64,000 nucleotides of DNA, from sequence record NZ_CP085281.1. The stretch is one strand, 5' to 3'. The DNA is from a plasmid. Of this stretch, positions 1 to 9,512 are shown piece by piece (position 1 is the stretch's first letter; each line of letters starts with the position of its first letter). The position numbers were made by a program, and so were the translations under genes. The notes beneath the pieces were generated by a model that was given only the letters and a program-made list of their open reading frames with translations, was not told where the DNA came from and did no database searches.

Positions 1-1
1 C

Positions 2-361
2 AACACCCGCCGCCAGAAGACCCCGCTGGACCTGCACCAAACCACCGTCCAGATCCGCGACGCGATCCTCCAACTACGCGGCTACTTCCACGACGTCGCA
101 CCCAACCAGGCCGCCCTGTTCGTGCAGCGCTACTCGATCCCCGCCAGCCAGCGCGACACCGCCCTTGCCGCCTTACAACTGGCCAACGCCGTCCACACCA
201 AAGCCGCCGGCGCCACACCTACACCGGTCGACAGCACGGTCATCCTGCAGTCCCGATCGACCAACCTCGAACAGGAAACCGCCGAACTGCTACGCCTGGC
301 CCGATGGTGGCCCCACGCCCTCCAAGACGCCCACCCCAGCACCAACGAGATGAGCGAATAA
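2..361 (+). CDS. 3' end of an upstream CDS truncated by the window edge, hypothetical protein
   Basis: Open frame from position 2 to TAA at 359-361, 2 nt before the P450 start. Amino-acid composition is not Arg/Pro-biased. No family recognised. Confidence 0.4.
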   Translation, partial: NTRRQKTPLDLHQTTVQIRDAILQLRGYFHDVAPNQAALFVQRYSIPASQRDTALAALQLANAVHTKAAGATPTPVDSTVILQSRSTNLEQETAELLRLARWWPHALQDAHPSTNEMSE

Positions 362-363
362 CC

Positions 364-1767
364 ATGCCCACCAACACTTCCACCGCACTACCGCACCCCC
401 GCTGGCGCCTGCCTATCGTCGGCGACCTGCTCACCATCGACCTCGCCAAACCCTGCCAAGGGCTAGCCAAGGACAACGTCGCCCGCGGCGGCATCGTCGA
501 ACAACGCATCTTCAACGTCCCGGTCATCGTCTTGTCCGACGCCGGCCTCATCGACGACGTCAACAACGAAGCCGCCTGGGAAAAGCACGTCGGCCACTCC
601 CTGCGCAAACTGCGCCCCGTAGCCGGGGACGGCCTGTTCACCGCCTACAACCACGAACCCAACTGGAGCAAGGCCCACAACATCCTCATGCCCGCCTTCA
701 CCAAGGCGGCCATGGAGTCCTACCACCCCACCATGACCGCCACCGTGCGCGAACTCACCGACACCTGGACCACCCGCGCCGCCGACAACTCCTGGATCGA
801 CATCCCCGCCGAGGCCAATCGACTCACCACCGAGATCGTCGCCCGCGCCGGCATCGGCCACTCCTTCAACAAGCTCGACGACACCAGCGAAGACCCCTTC
901 ATCACCACCGTCCTGCGCGAGCTCAAATACGCCAACCGCCGCACCGACGCGATCCCGTTCTACGAGAAGTTCTTCGGGCAGGCCCAGCGCCGCCAACACC
1001 AGCAGGACAAGGTCTGGCTGCGCGAGCAGGTCGCCTCCATCATCAACGACCGCCGCAACGCCGGCCCTCACACCGGTCCCCGCGACATGCTCGACTACAT
1101 GCTCAACAGCGCCGACCCCGACAGCGGTGAGCACCTCGACGACGCCAACATCACCAACCAGATCCTCACCCTGCTCGTCGCCGGCAGCGAAACCTCAGCC
1201 AACGCCATCGGATTCGCCCTGCACTTCCTCGCCCACCACCCCGACGTCGCCGCGGCCGCCCGCGCCGAGATCGACCAACGTTGGCCCGGCCGCGACTTCC
1301 CCGACATCGCCTTCGACGACGTCGCCCGTCTGCGCTACCTACGCCGCGTCGTTGACGAGACACTGCGCCTGTGGCCCGTGGCGCCCGGCTACTTCCGCCA
1401 AGCCAAGACCGACACCACCATCGGCGACGGCAAGTACCACTTCGCTACCGGCGACTGGGTTTTCGTCCTCCTCCTGGCCGCCCACCGCGACCCCAACACC
1501 TGGGGCCCCGACGCCGACCAGTTCCGCCCCGACCGCTTCCTGCCCGAGAACCTGCGCAGCCTGCCCCGCTACGTCTACAAGCCGTTCGGCACGGGTGCCC
1601 GCGCCTGCATCGGCCGCCAGTTCGCACTCCACGAAATCATGCTCACCCTGGCCGCCGTCCTGCACCAGTTCGACCTGCAACCCGAACCCGGCTACACCCT
1701 GAAGGTCTCTGAAACCCTCACACTCAAACCCGACGCACTGCGCCTACGGCTACAACCGCGCCGATAG
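364..1767 (+). CDS. Cytochrome P450, CYP102 (P450-BM3-like) heme domain only, no fused reductase
   Basis: Heme-binding loop FGTGARACIGRQFALHE. Motifs AGDGLFTAYNHEPNW..KAHNILMPAF, LLVAGSETSA and TLTLKP closely parallel the BM3 heme domain. ATG at 364 (M21 of the listed ORF) follows the upstream stop. Confidence 0.85.
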   Translation: MPTNTSTALPHPRWRLPIVGDLLTIDLAKPCQGLAKDNVARGGIVEQRIFNVPVIVLSDAGLIDDVNNEAAWEKHVGHSLRKLRPVAGDGLFTAYNHEPNWSKAHNILMPAFTKAAMESYHPTMTATVRELTDTWTTRAADNSWIDIPAEANRLTTEIVARAGIGHSFNKLDDTSEDPFITTVLRELKYANRRTDAIPFYEKFFGQAQRRQHQQDKVWLREQVASIINDRRNAGPHTGPRDMLDYMLNSADPDSGEHLDDANITNQILTLLVAGSETSANAIGFALHFLAHHPDVAAAARAEIDQRWPGRDFPDIAFDDVARLRYLRRVVDETLRLWPVAPGYFRQAKTDTTIGDGKYHFATGDWVFVLLLAAHRDPNTWGPDADQFRPDRFLPENLRSLPRYVYKPFGTGARACIGRQFALHEIMLTLAAVLHQFDLQPEPGYTLKVSETLTLKPDALRLRLQPRR

Positions 1768-1790
1768 CCTCAGTACTCGCGCACCAAGTC

Positions 1791-2108
1791 ATGACGACAG
1801 CCCGCTCCTCGCCGTGGCTCGACGCTCGCGCCAATCTGCTCATCACGCTGCTCGCCGAGCGCCACGGCCTGACCGTCAGCCTCGACATCGCGCGCCAGGA
1901 CATCTCCGATGACCTCGACCACGTCGCCCGACTGATGCGCATCGGCCGCCAGGCCGCCAAGGTGTACATCACCGACGACACGATCAGCGCGATGGCCGAC
2001 CGTATCGCCGCGGCCGTAGCCGAGCACCGCGCAACAGCCTCGGCTCCCCAGCCGGAGTCCGGACCTGTCGTCGACCTCGACACGGAACGACGCCGGCGCC
2101 GAAGCTGA
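1791..2108 (+). CDS. hypothetical protein
   Basis: 105-aa ORF directly downstream of the P450 with unbiased composition. No RBS seen. Confidence 0.3.
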   Translation: MTTARSSPWLDARANLLITLLAERHGLTVSLDIARQDISDDLDHVARLMRIGRQAAKVYITDDTISAMADRIAAAVAEHRATASAPQPESGPVVDLDTERRRRRS

Positions 2109-2348
2109 CCCCCACTCATCACGGATGGGTGACGACGGGCATACAAAGATCGACCTCCTGCTGATGCGACTCCCGAAACCATTGCCTCACAGCGATATTC
2201 CGCCGCAGTCATCCCGGGTCGGAGCCACCCTCGGGGACAGCAACCGTGAACACGCCGTCGGTGGGTAGATCGTCGCGATCTAACACGAAGAGGTCGCAGG
2301 AGCAGCCCTCGCCAGCCCACATGGGGCACAGCTCGGCCCGGCACTGAC

Positions 2349-2825
2349 TCATTGCCGTGCACCGGCCGGCACTGGACAGGCCGTGCAGATTCCGGTGTTG
2401 TCGTCGAAGGTGACCGTCCACGCACACGGCCCGCAAAGCGTGTCGCAGGCGGCGTACTCGGTGCACCCACAGCCGCGGCAGATCCGCGGATACCGCCACT
2501 CGATCCGTGTCACGTCGTCGTCCGCAGTAACGCCCTTGTGGGTGCCGCAGAAGAACTTTACGAATTCGGCCACGGTCATCTCGGGGAAGCCTTCGGCCGC
2601 GACGTCGGCGGCCGTGATGGCGTCCAGACGTTCGCGCGTCACCGAGACGACGTCGACTGTGACGATCCGCTCTAACTCCTCGCCTGGGCGTCGGCCACGC
2701 ACCTTCGGGCACAGCGTGAGTTGGTCTCCTGGCCTCAGCATGCGCCAGCCCGCGCGCCGGGTCACCGTCTTGGTCCGATCGCGCACCAGGTGCGCGGTGT
2801 GCGCAACCTCCATCAGCCGAGCCAT
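2349..2825 (-). CDS. ASCH (PUA-like) domain protein with Cys-rich C-terminal tail
   Basis: KTVTRRAGWR..GDQLTL resembles the ASCH core. C-terminus has CRGCGC..C..C..C..C. Start taken at M60 of the listed ORF (ATG 2825..2823) to avoid overlap with tnpB. Confidence 0.5.
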   Translation of the reverse strand: MARLMEVAHTAHLVRDRTKTVTRRAGWRMLRPGDQLTLCPKVRGRRPGEELERIVTVDVVSVTRERLDAITAADVAAEGFPEMTVAEFVKFFCGTHKGVTADDDVTRIEWRYPRICRGCGCTEYAACDTLCGPCAWTVTFDDNTGICTACPVPAGARQ

Positions 2826-2928
2826 CAGTTCGGCCCGTCCTTGTCGGCGGCGGCGCGGATGTCGGCCTTGGTGACACCGGGGAGAGGACCGTTGCCTTTT
2901 GGTGAGTGAACGTGAGTTCTGCTCATCG

Positions 2929-4386
2929 TTAGGCAGCCTCGCCTTGCGGTGAGGCGGTCCCCGTCTGACCCACCGGCTGGTGGTGCGGGGTTGACGTTTC
3001 ATCGCCTGCTGCGTTGCCCGCTAGCGCGGGTTCGGTCTCACGCGTGGCTCCACGTCCTGCCACCGGGCCACTCCCGGCGGGACTCTGTTCACCCAGTGTG
3101 GGTACGCCGAGTCGGGCGAGGTTGATCGCAGCACCCAGATCACGATCGATCCGTGTGCCGCAGCCGTCACAGTCGAAGACTCGATCGGCGAGGGTGAGGT
3201 TTGGCTTTCGCCTCCCACACGCCGTGCACGTCTTCGACGACGGAAAATATCGGTCGGCCTCCACCAAATGGCTGCCATACCAACGTGTCTTGTAGCCGAG
3301 CATCCGCCGGATCTCGGCCAGCGCGGCATCAGCCAACGCCCGGTTGAGTCCTCGTTTGCGTGCTCCACCCTTGGCGCGCATCCCGGCGGCGTTCAACGTT
3401 TCGACCACGATCACCTGGTGTTGCTGGGCCAGGGCGGTAGTGGCCTTGCGCAGCACGTCGCGGCGCACCGCCGCGGCATGGGCATGGGTGCGACCGATCC
3501 GCGCTTGGGTGGCCCGCCACCGCTTCGACGGAATCTGCTTGGTCTTGGTGGCCGGATCGTAGGGTCCGTGCTGACGCGCGGACCGGCGTTGCAGGGCCCG
3601 CAACCGCGATTGCGCGGCGGTCAGCGACTTCGGCGCGCGGATGCGGTCGACCTCGACACCGTCGGGGGCCGCGACGACGAGCAGACTGTCGGCCTTGACG
3701 CCGACGTCGACGCCGACCACCGCATGTGCCGACCGGCGTGCGTGGGCGGGCCGCGCCTTGGCTGCGACGAGGGTCTGCAGGGCGCAGTGCCACCGCCCGG
3801 CGCTGTCCTGGCGCACGGTGGCCGACAGAATCCTCGCGGCGCCCGTCTCGATGCGGCGCGCCAGTTTGCGGGTCGACTCATGGGTACGAATCGTCCCCAG
3901 CCGGGGCAGGGTGACGTGGCGGCGATCGGGCTCGATGCGGATGGTCCCGGTGGTGAACCGCACGGCCTTGGGGGCGCGTGCGGACTTGAACCGGGGGAAC
4001 CCAACCGGCCGGCCGGCGCGCTGGCCGCGCCGCGACGCCGACCACGCATCCAACGCGCGGGCCAACCCGTCCAGGCCGGTGTTGTAGGCCTCTTTGGAGT
4101 TCTCGGCCCACCACGGCGCGCAGTCGACCTTGCGCTGATTCCAGGTCTTGCGCAGCGCCGGTAACGACCACCGCAGCGCCGGGGTCAACTGGTTCTCGGG
4201 GATGCCGTAGCTGCGTTCGGCAGCTCGTTGATCCACCACGGCCTTCACCAACGCCAGCATGTGGTTGTGCGCAAACCGCGCCGCACCCGCATGCGACGCC
4301 AACGCCCGCAGTTGTGCCGGTGTGGGCTCCAGGGCGAAGCGGTACGCCTGCACGGTCCACCCGTCGGGTACCTCGAACCTAGCCAC
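2929..4386 (-). CDS. tnpB: TnpB/OrfB RNA-guided endonuclease-like transposase accessory protein
   Basis: C-terminal zinc finger CTACGRR..FDCDGCG, OrfB-like body. GTG start at 4386..4384 lies just downstream of the tnpA stop. Confidence 0.8.
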   Translation of the reverse strand: MARFEVPDGWTVQAYRFALEPTPAQLRALASHAGAARFAHNHMLALVKAVVDQRAAERSYGIPENQLTPALRWSLPALRKTWNQRKVDCAPWWAENSKEAYNTGLDGLARALDAWSASRRGQRAGRPVGFPRFKSARAPKAVRFTTGTIRIEPDRRHVTLPRLGTIRTHESTRKLARRIETGAARILSATVRQDSAGRWHCALQTLVAAKARPAHARRSAHAVVGVDVGVKADSLLVVAAPDGVEVDRIRAPKSLTAAQSRLRALQRRSARQHGPYDPATKTKQIPSKRWRATQARIGRTHAHAAAVRRDVLRKATTALAQQHQVIVVETLNAAGMRAKGGARKRGLNRALADAALAEIRRMLGYKTRWYGSHLVEADRYFPSSKTCTACGRRKPNLTLADRVFDCDGCGTRIDRDLGAAINLARLGVPTLGEQSPAGSGPVAGRGATRETEPALAGNAAGDETSTPHHQPVGQTGTASPQGEAA

Positions 4387-5002
4387 CGCCGACCACCTCG
4401 GTCTGCTTGGCGGCGGTGATCGCGCGCATCGCCCGGTTGCGCGCCCCACGGCGGCCATACAGGCGCGCGCACATCGAGGTCAGCACCTCGATCATGTCGC
4501 GCACCAGATCATCGGTGGTCTCACCGCGATCGGCAACGATGATCGTCCGGCCATGCGCGGACAATGCGGCTTCAAGGTGCTCGACACCGAAGCGCGCCAA
4601 CCGGTCTCGATGCTCCACGACCACCACCGAAGCAGACGGATCCGACAAAATCCGGCGCAACTTCGGCCGTTTCCCGTTCAGCCCCGACCCGACCTCGGTC
4701 ACCACCTCGCCGATCACGTGGCCGTTGGCGGTAGCCCACTGCGTCAACCGCGCCACTTGCCGGTCCAGATCGCCCCGTTGATCATGCGAGGACACCCGCG
4801 CGTAGACGACCGTGCGACCGGTCGCCGCGCACGCTGCCGAATCGACCCAGATCGTTCCCGACGCCAACCGGCGCGCGGGTACCGGCATCCGGTCCTCGCG
4901 GAACCACCTGTAGGCGGTCTGCGGATGCACACCATTCGCGCGCGCCCACTCAGCCAACTTCACACCACTCACTAAAACACACATTCGATCACAAATGTGC
5001 AC
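4379..5002 (-). CDS. tnpA: IS607-family TnpA serine recombinase with N-terminal MerR-like HTH
   Basis: HTH VKLAEWARANGVHPQTAYRW followed by the serine-recombinase catalytic region VVYARVSSHDQ. Start at 5002 or the M at 4984. Confidence 0.8.
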   Translation of the reverse strand: MHICDRMCVLVSGVKLAEWARANGVHPQTAYRWFREDRMPVPARRLASGTIWVDSAACAATGRTVVYARVSSHDQRGDLDRQVARLTQWATANGHVIGEVVTEVGSGLNGKRPKLRRILSDPSASVVVVEHRDRLARFGVEHLEAALSAHGRTIIVADRGETTDDLVRDMIEVLTSMCARLYGRRGARNRAMRAITAAKQTEVVGGG

Positions 5003-5172
5003 ACACAGCCGAGCAGTTCACGACCCCTTCTCGTTCACCGCTGCCTTCAATTGTCGTGCCCTTTCGGCGGCATACAGGCGGGCGCCGCCGGACCTTGTGG
5101 GGCTATGTCATCGGCCCAGGTGTGGGACGCAGCGCTGAGCCGGCTAGGGAGACACTCAGGTGGCAGCCAATG

Positions 5173-6288
5173 TCAGCCGCTGTCGGCAGTGGGTCGGGGA
5201 AGCCGCACCTTGTCCCGCACGACGAGGGGTGCATCCTCGGGTCCGGCAATGTGGTCGGTGATCCAGATGGGTTTGTGCCGCTGGAGCGTCGGATACCACT
5301 GGCGACGCCAGTGACCGCGCACTATCCAGCGGTGGTTGTACGACCGGGATAGGGGCACCGCTGAGGCAGCTTGGCTGCGGCGGTAATACGACAGGTAGGT
5401 GACGGTCTCCCTGCGGTTGCGCCGATGCCCGTGCTGGTTCGGCGGGCCTGGCACGCGATGTACCTGATCGGTGGCGTCGATGAGGCGCTCCTGCTGAATC
5501 ATGTGCGCAAGGGACAGCAGGTACGTCAGCGCCGTAGCCGGGTCGCGGGGATCAGCGATGGAGGTACTTCGGTACACACCGTCGTCTAATCGTGGCGGGT
5601 TGTCCGTGCCGGGTTCGGACATCTGCGCCCGCGTGAAGGCCAAGCACGGCATTCGATCTGGGCCCCATGCCTTCTTGGGCTTGGGCGCAAGCCATAGCTG
5701 CATATCCGCCGACTCGGTCAGCGAGGCTTCGATACTGCCACTGTCGGTCACGGCCCACAGGAGAATGCGCACATGCCCTGGCTGCCACAGGTATGCGATC
5801 CCGGTCGGTGAGGGCAGTTCGTCCGGAGTTGCCGACATGGTGAGAAGCTCCGGCGCGGCGCCGGCGGCCACCAGCGCCGAAACCTCTTCGGTGCAGAAAT
5901 AGGCGAACCTGTCTTGCGTAGCAGCCTTCGTCAGCTGCATGTAATTCCAGACCGGCACGGTGCGTTGAACCCAGTCCTCGAAGAGGACGCCATCGGCCAA
6001 GTAGCTCGACCTCATGTGCCCGATAAGCTCCGGCAAAGTCAGCCCTGTTTCCTCCATGTAGCGCAGCAGCTGTGGCCCGGGCGGAAACCCCGCAGCCGCT
6101 GCTTCGACTTGCTCCTCCACCAACGCCATCCAGCTGCCGTCAACACGGACGCTGACTGCTCGCTCCTGAAGCGCATCCAGCAGAACAGGCAGCTGTCCCG
6201 GCGACATGCGCGGGATCAACATGGAAGCTCGCCGTAGCAGTGCAGTGTCGATCCCCTTGCGCCCCTTGGAGTTAGTCACCGCACCCAC
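5173..6288 (-). CDS. hypothetical protein, paralog A of 8116..9252
   Basis: 371 aa sharing conserved blocks with the 378-aa protein, including FCTEE..LPSP(T/A)G(I/V)A(Y/F)L and C-terminal TYLSY..HRW(I/V)VRGHWRRQWYP..PIWITD(H/Y)IAGP. No family recognised. Confidence 0.6.
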   Translation of the reverse strand: MGAVTNSKGRKGIDTALLRRASMLIPRMSPGQLPVLLDALQERAVSVRVDGSWMALVEEQVEAAAAGFPPGPQLLRYMEETGLTLPELIGHMRSSYLADGVLFEDWVQRTVPVWNYMQLTKAATQDRFAYFCTEEVSALVAAGAAPELLTMSATPDELPSPTGIAYLWQPGHVRILLWAVTDSGSIEASLTESADMQLWLAPKPKKAWGPDRMPCLAFTRAQMSEPGTDNPPRLDDGVYRSTSIADPRDPATALTYLLSLAHMIQQERLIDATDQVHRVPGPPNQHGHRRNRRETVTYLSYYRRSQAASAVPLSRSYNHRWIVRGHWRRQWYPTLQRHKPIWITDHIAGPEDAPLVVRDKVRLPRPTADSG

Positions 6289-6344
6289 CGAGGCGCTCCG
6301 CAGTCATCCAACTTCCCCAGTGCCGCGAGCTATCGTGTTTTCGG

Positions 6345-7565
6345 TTAGCATCCATCGGGCACCCGCGCCACCCGGCGTCCGACGTCACGCACCAGTTCCG
6401 GCGACACCATGAAACCCTGGAACGCGACCGGTTCAGCCCCCGGTCTCGACACATACAACCCGCTGCCTCGCGCCGACGGCACCCGTACTGCATTGCTGCC
6501 GTCCATGGGATCTGATCCCATCGTGATGCGGTACGTGGTGTGGTTGGAGATTCGCCCAGCCGTGATGGGATCGAGGACCTGGTTGGCAATCAGGACGTGG
6601 ATGCCTAGTGATCGGCCCTTGCGCAACACGGATTCCACCGCGTAACCCAAGCCCGGATCTTGCCGCGTCAACTCTCCGAGTTCACTGAGCACCAACACGG
6701 TGTAGGGCAACGGCGGCAGGGCTCCGTCGACTACCTGGCTCCGGACATAGTGATAGTCCCCGATGGTCCCCGCCTGCGGGGCGGCGCGGACGGCGCGGAC
6801 GCTGCCCGCGCCGAAGTGCTCGTCGAGGTTCTCCACGCTCGGGTTGGTAGTCGGCTCATCCTCGACGGCCGTGTCCGCTTCCTCGATGCCCTCTGAGCCC
6901 GAGTCTGCATCGTCGGCGGGCAAGTCATCGACGCCGTCTGCGATCCAGTCCTCGTCGGACAGTGCATCCACCCGCCGCAGCGTCTCGATGCGGTCAGCAA
7001 TCAGCGCTGACAACAGCTCCGTGTAGTCAGAACCGTCCGGGACGGTGGTCACGTGCGGATAGTCGGCGAAGTTGGTGAAAGCCGTTTCCCCTTTGCCGCT
7101 GATCAACATCACCTGAAGGTTGTCGGGCGAATTCTGGGCACAGAGACCGAACAAGAGTGATTGCAGGACAGTCGTTTTCCCAGTACCGGTTGTACCCGAG
7201 AGAACACCGTGAGGGCCGTCGCCGCCCGAGAAGCCTTCTCGGAGATCCAGCCACACAGGGGACCCATCGACTTTCAGCCCGATCGGCGTGCGTAGGTGTG
7301 CGTTTGTCTCCTCCGGTAGTGGGCGAGCCCATAACGTCGTCACATCGGGAATGTCGCCCTGTCCGAGCCCGAGGAGCGAAAGTAACCGTTGCTGCGACGC
7401 GGTCGGGGACGCACCGTCCTTGTCAGCGTCGTCGAGTTGGCGCCGTGCGCGCATGTAAGACTCACCGGTAGCCGCTTGTTGGCGTCGTACCTTCTTTTTA
7501 CGCGAGGAATCACTAGACATCGAGAAACACACATCCCGTCCAAAGTCCTTGCCGCAGCAGCCCAC
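6345..7565 (-). CDS. soluble FtsK/SpoIIIE-family ATPase-like protein
   Basis: Walker A GPHGVLSGTTGTGKTT. FtsK-like distal motif LRKGRSLGIHVLIANQ. Walker B region reads TVLVLSELGEL, with D replaced by S. No TM segment. True start may be an internal M. Confidence 0.65.
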   Translation of the reverse strand: MGCCGKDFGRDVCFSMSSDSSRKKKVRRQQAATGESYMRARRQLDDADKDGASPTASQQRLLSLLGLGQGDIPDVTTLWARPLPEETNAHLRTPIGLKVDGSPVWLDLREGFSGGDGPHGVLSGTTGTGKTTVLQSLLFGLCAQNSPDNLQVMLISGKGETAFTNFADYPHVTTVPDGSDYTELLSALIADRIETLRRVDALSDEDWIADGVDDLPADDADSGSEGIEEADTAVEDEPTTNPSVENLDEHFGAGSVRAVRAAPQAGTIGDYHYVRSQVVDGALPPLPYTVLVLSELGELTRQDPGLGYAVESVLRKGRSLGIHVLIANQVLDPITAGRISNHTTYRITMGSDPMDGSNAVRVPSARGSGLYVSRPGAEPVAFQGFMVSPELVRDVGRRVARVPDGC

Positions 7566-7742
7566 ATCTGCAATGCGACAGATCTCTGTCAGGGTGTGCG
7601 CGGAGCCCCGTGGACCTTGTCCTGGTCGATTGCGACCGATCGATGTGGGCGATCAATCCACTGCCAGGAGTCGCGCCGCCGCGGCGACGGCGCTGGCCCT
7701 AATATACCGCCCTCTCCGGCGACCGAGGGTCGCGCGCGGGGC

Positions 7743-8081
7743 CTATTTCAGCCCGGTCGCGGCGTCCGCGGTGGGACTCGCCGAACGAGTGGCGGTTGCG
7801 GTCTTGCTGACCTGGATGTCGAACTTCGTCCCGTCCTTGAAGTCGATCACCAGGCCGCCGTCGTAGTGCTTGATGATGTGCTCGGCAACGACCCGGATGG
7901 CCATGTCGGTGCAGTCTTCGTGATGCAGTCGCGACAGCCAGTCGTCCATGCCGGGGGCCAGCTCGCCGTCGTCGGGATCGATGATGTCTTCGCCGGCGAG
8001 AAATTCGGTGTGGGCCGGGTTGAGGAGTCCTACGTTCAGCTTCCCGGAGAATGGCCCTTCTTGAATTCCGAAGTACATCAT
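7743..8081 (-). CDS. hypothetical protein
   Basis: 112-aa ORF with strong RBS GAAGGAGAA 7 nt upstream of the ATG, between paralog B and the FtsK-like gene. Confidence 0.5.
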   Translation of the reverse strand: MMYFGIQEGPFSGKLNVGLLNPAHTEFLAGEDIIDPDDGELAPGMDDWLSRLHHEDCTDMAIRVVAEHIIKHYDGGLVIDFKDGTKFDIQVSKTATATRSASPTADAATGLK

Positions 8082-8115
8082 CGGTGGTTCTCCTTCATAG
8101 CGGGTGGGTGCTTGT

Positions 8116-9252
8116 TTATTCGGCGTCAGTGTCGTCTGTGGCGGCGGGTGGGCGGGCGATCAGAACTTTGTCGCGATGCTCGATCGGGAGGTCTGCCGGG
8201 CCCGCGATGTAGTCGGTGATCCAGATCGGCACGTGCCGATTGAGGCTGGGGTACCACTGGCGTCGCCAGTGCCCGCGAACCACCCACCGGTGCGAGTAGG
8301 ACCGGCTGGAGCCGTCCTCGCGCCGGCGGCCTTGATGTTCGGTGGCGTTGTAGCTCAGGTAGGTGATGGAGTCGGTGCGGGTCCGGCGGCGACCACGGCG
8401 ATCCTTGCCCGGCGATCGCACCGTCTGCACTTCGGCGCTGGCCAGCTTCGCCTGTCGCGCCAGATGACTGAGCGCGAACAAGGTGTTCATCGCATTGTCC
8501 GGTCGGATCTGTGAGTACTGCCCGTCGGCGCCGAACGGCTTGAACACCTCCACCGCGCTCGGCGGCTGATCGGTCATCGGTGGGCTCAGCCTGGCCTGCT
8601 CGAACGGCTGCGGCACATGCATGTCCGGATCGGTGAACCGATCAGACACGATGCGCCGAAGTCCCTCCACCTCAGCGAGATTGGCCGACACCATGCCCTC
8701 CGACGTCGTCACCCACCGCAACAACAGGGGTTCGGCCCTGTCATACAGGAACGCCACACCGGCCGGGCTCGGCAGATCCGCCAACGACAACGCGCTCTCT
8801 GCAACCTGCGCCGTTGCCGCGCTGCGGACGAGCGCCGTCATCTCCTCGGTACAGAAGATCGCGTGCCGAGTCTGGACACTGCCGCTGGCAAGCACCTGAC
8901 CGAAGTAGATCGCCCGAGTCGAGGAATAGTCCAGTCCTTCCTCGACGTTGTGCGTCCGCCACCGCTCCGCCATCTCCGCCGGCGTGGTGCCCAGGCGCTC
9001 CGCAGTCGAGGCGAGCCGCGCCGAGGGCTCGTCGACCTCGCCGCGGGCGTACGCCCGCCAGTCCTCATTGAGCAGATACCGCGGCTCGACGACCTTGATC
9101 GATTGGGCGGCGTGTGCGGTGAGCGCATCAAGCAGAACGGGCATGCTCTTGGGCGTCAGCGCATCCAGGACGAGATCAGCACGCCTCATCAAGGTGAGGT
9201 AGTCCGCATCCAGCACTACGCCCTTACTCAAAGCGTGGTCCCCCGCTTCCAA
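8116..9252 (-). CDS. hypothetical protein, paralog B of 5173..6288
   Basis: 378 aa, TTG start per the ORF track. Conserved C-terminal block HRWVVRGHWRRQWYPSLNRHVPIWITDYIAGP. Confidence 0.6.
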   Translation of the reverse strand: MEAGDHALSKGVVLDADYLTLMRRADLVLDALTPKSMPVLLDALTAHAAQSIKVVEPRYLLNEDWRAYARGEVDEPSARLASTAERLGTTPAEMAERWRTHNVEEGLDYSSTRAIYFGQVLASGSVQTRHAIFCTEEMTALVRSAATAQVAESALSLADLPSPAGVAFLYDRAEPLLLRWVTTSEGMVSANLAEVEGLRRIVSDRFTDPDMHVPQPFEQARLSPPMTDQPPSAVEVFKPFGADGQYSQIRPDNAMNTLFALSHLARQAKLASAEVQTVRSPGKDRRGRRRTRTDSITYLSYNATEHQGRRREDGSSRSYSHRWVVRGHWRRQWYPSLNRHVPIWITDYIAGPADLPIEHRDKVLIARPPAATDDTDAE

Positions 9253-9270
9253 GCTGCTTCTTGGTGGTGG

Positions 9271-9495
9271 TTAGGCAGCGCCGCCGCTGATCAACGTCAG
9301 TATCGGTTTACCGGTCGTGGCAGCCGGCGCTGCCGGCGCCTGGTCGTTGAGCATGTCGTAGGCGGCTGACCGGATGGTGACCACCTCCAGCGGGCCCAGG
9401 TCGTTGACTCGACCCAAGTAGTCGGCGATCTCCTCAGGGCTCATTCCGTCGTCGAGGTATCCTCGAATCACGTTGCGTTGCAATATGTTCAGCAT
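9271..9495 (-). CDS. small hypothetical protein (74 aa)
   Basis: ATG at 9495 (M107 of listed ORF 9271..9813), 18 nt downstream of the vapC stop. Weak AAGAGA RBS. Confidence 0.3.
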   Translation of the reverse strand: MLNILQRNVIRGYLDDGMSPEEIADYLGRVNDLGPLEVVTIRSAAYDMLNDQAPAAPAATTGKPILTLISGGAA

Positions 9496-9512
9496 TTGGG
9501 TCTCGTCTCTCT

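Larger units (their letters stand above)
2900..5020 (-). mobile_element. IS607-family insertion sequence (tnpA serine recombinase plus tnpB). Ends approximate, no inverted repeats expected
   Basis: Adjacent, slightly overlapping tnpA (MerR-like HTH plus serine recombinase) and tnpB (RuvC-like with C-terminal zinc finger), the IS607 architecture. Confidence 0.6.

Noticed and set aside
304-363. N-terminal 20-codon extension of the P450 ORF
   Set aside because: It would overlap the upstream gene's last codons. The ATG at 364 gives a canonical CYP102 N-terminus.
3268-4164. 298-aa plus-strand ORF antisense to tnpB. Similar Arg/Pro-rich ORFs occur antisense to real genes throughout: 10026..11099, 13524..14693, 16748..18031, 40204..41151, 46570..47745, 49220..49999, 53217..54074
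   Set aside because: Low-complexity R/P/G composition, no motifs, each overlaps a well-supported gene on the opposite strand or in another frame.
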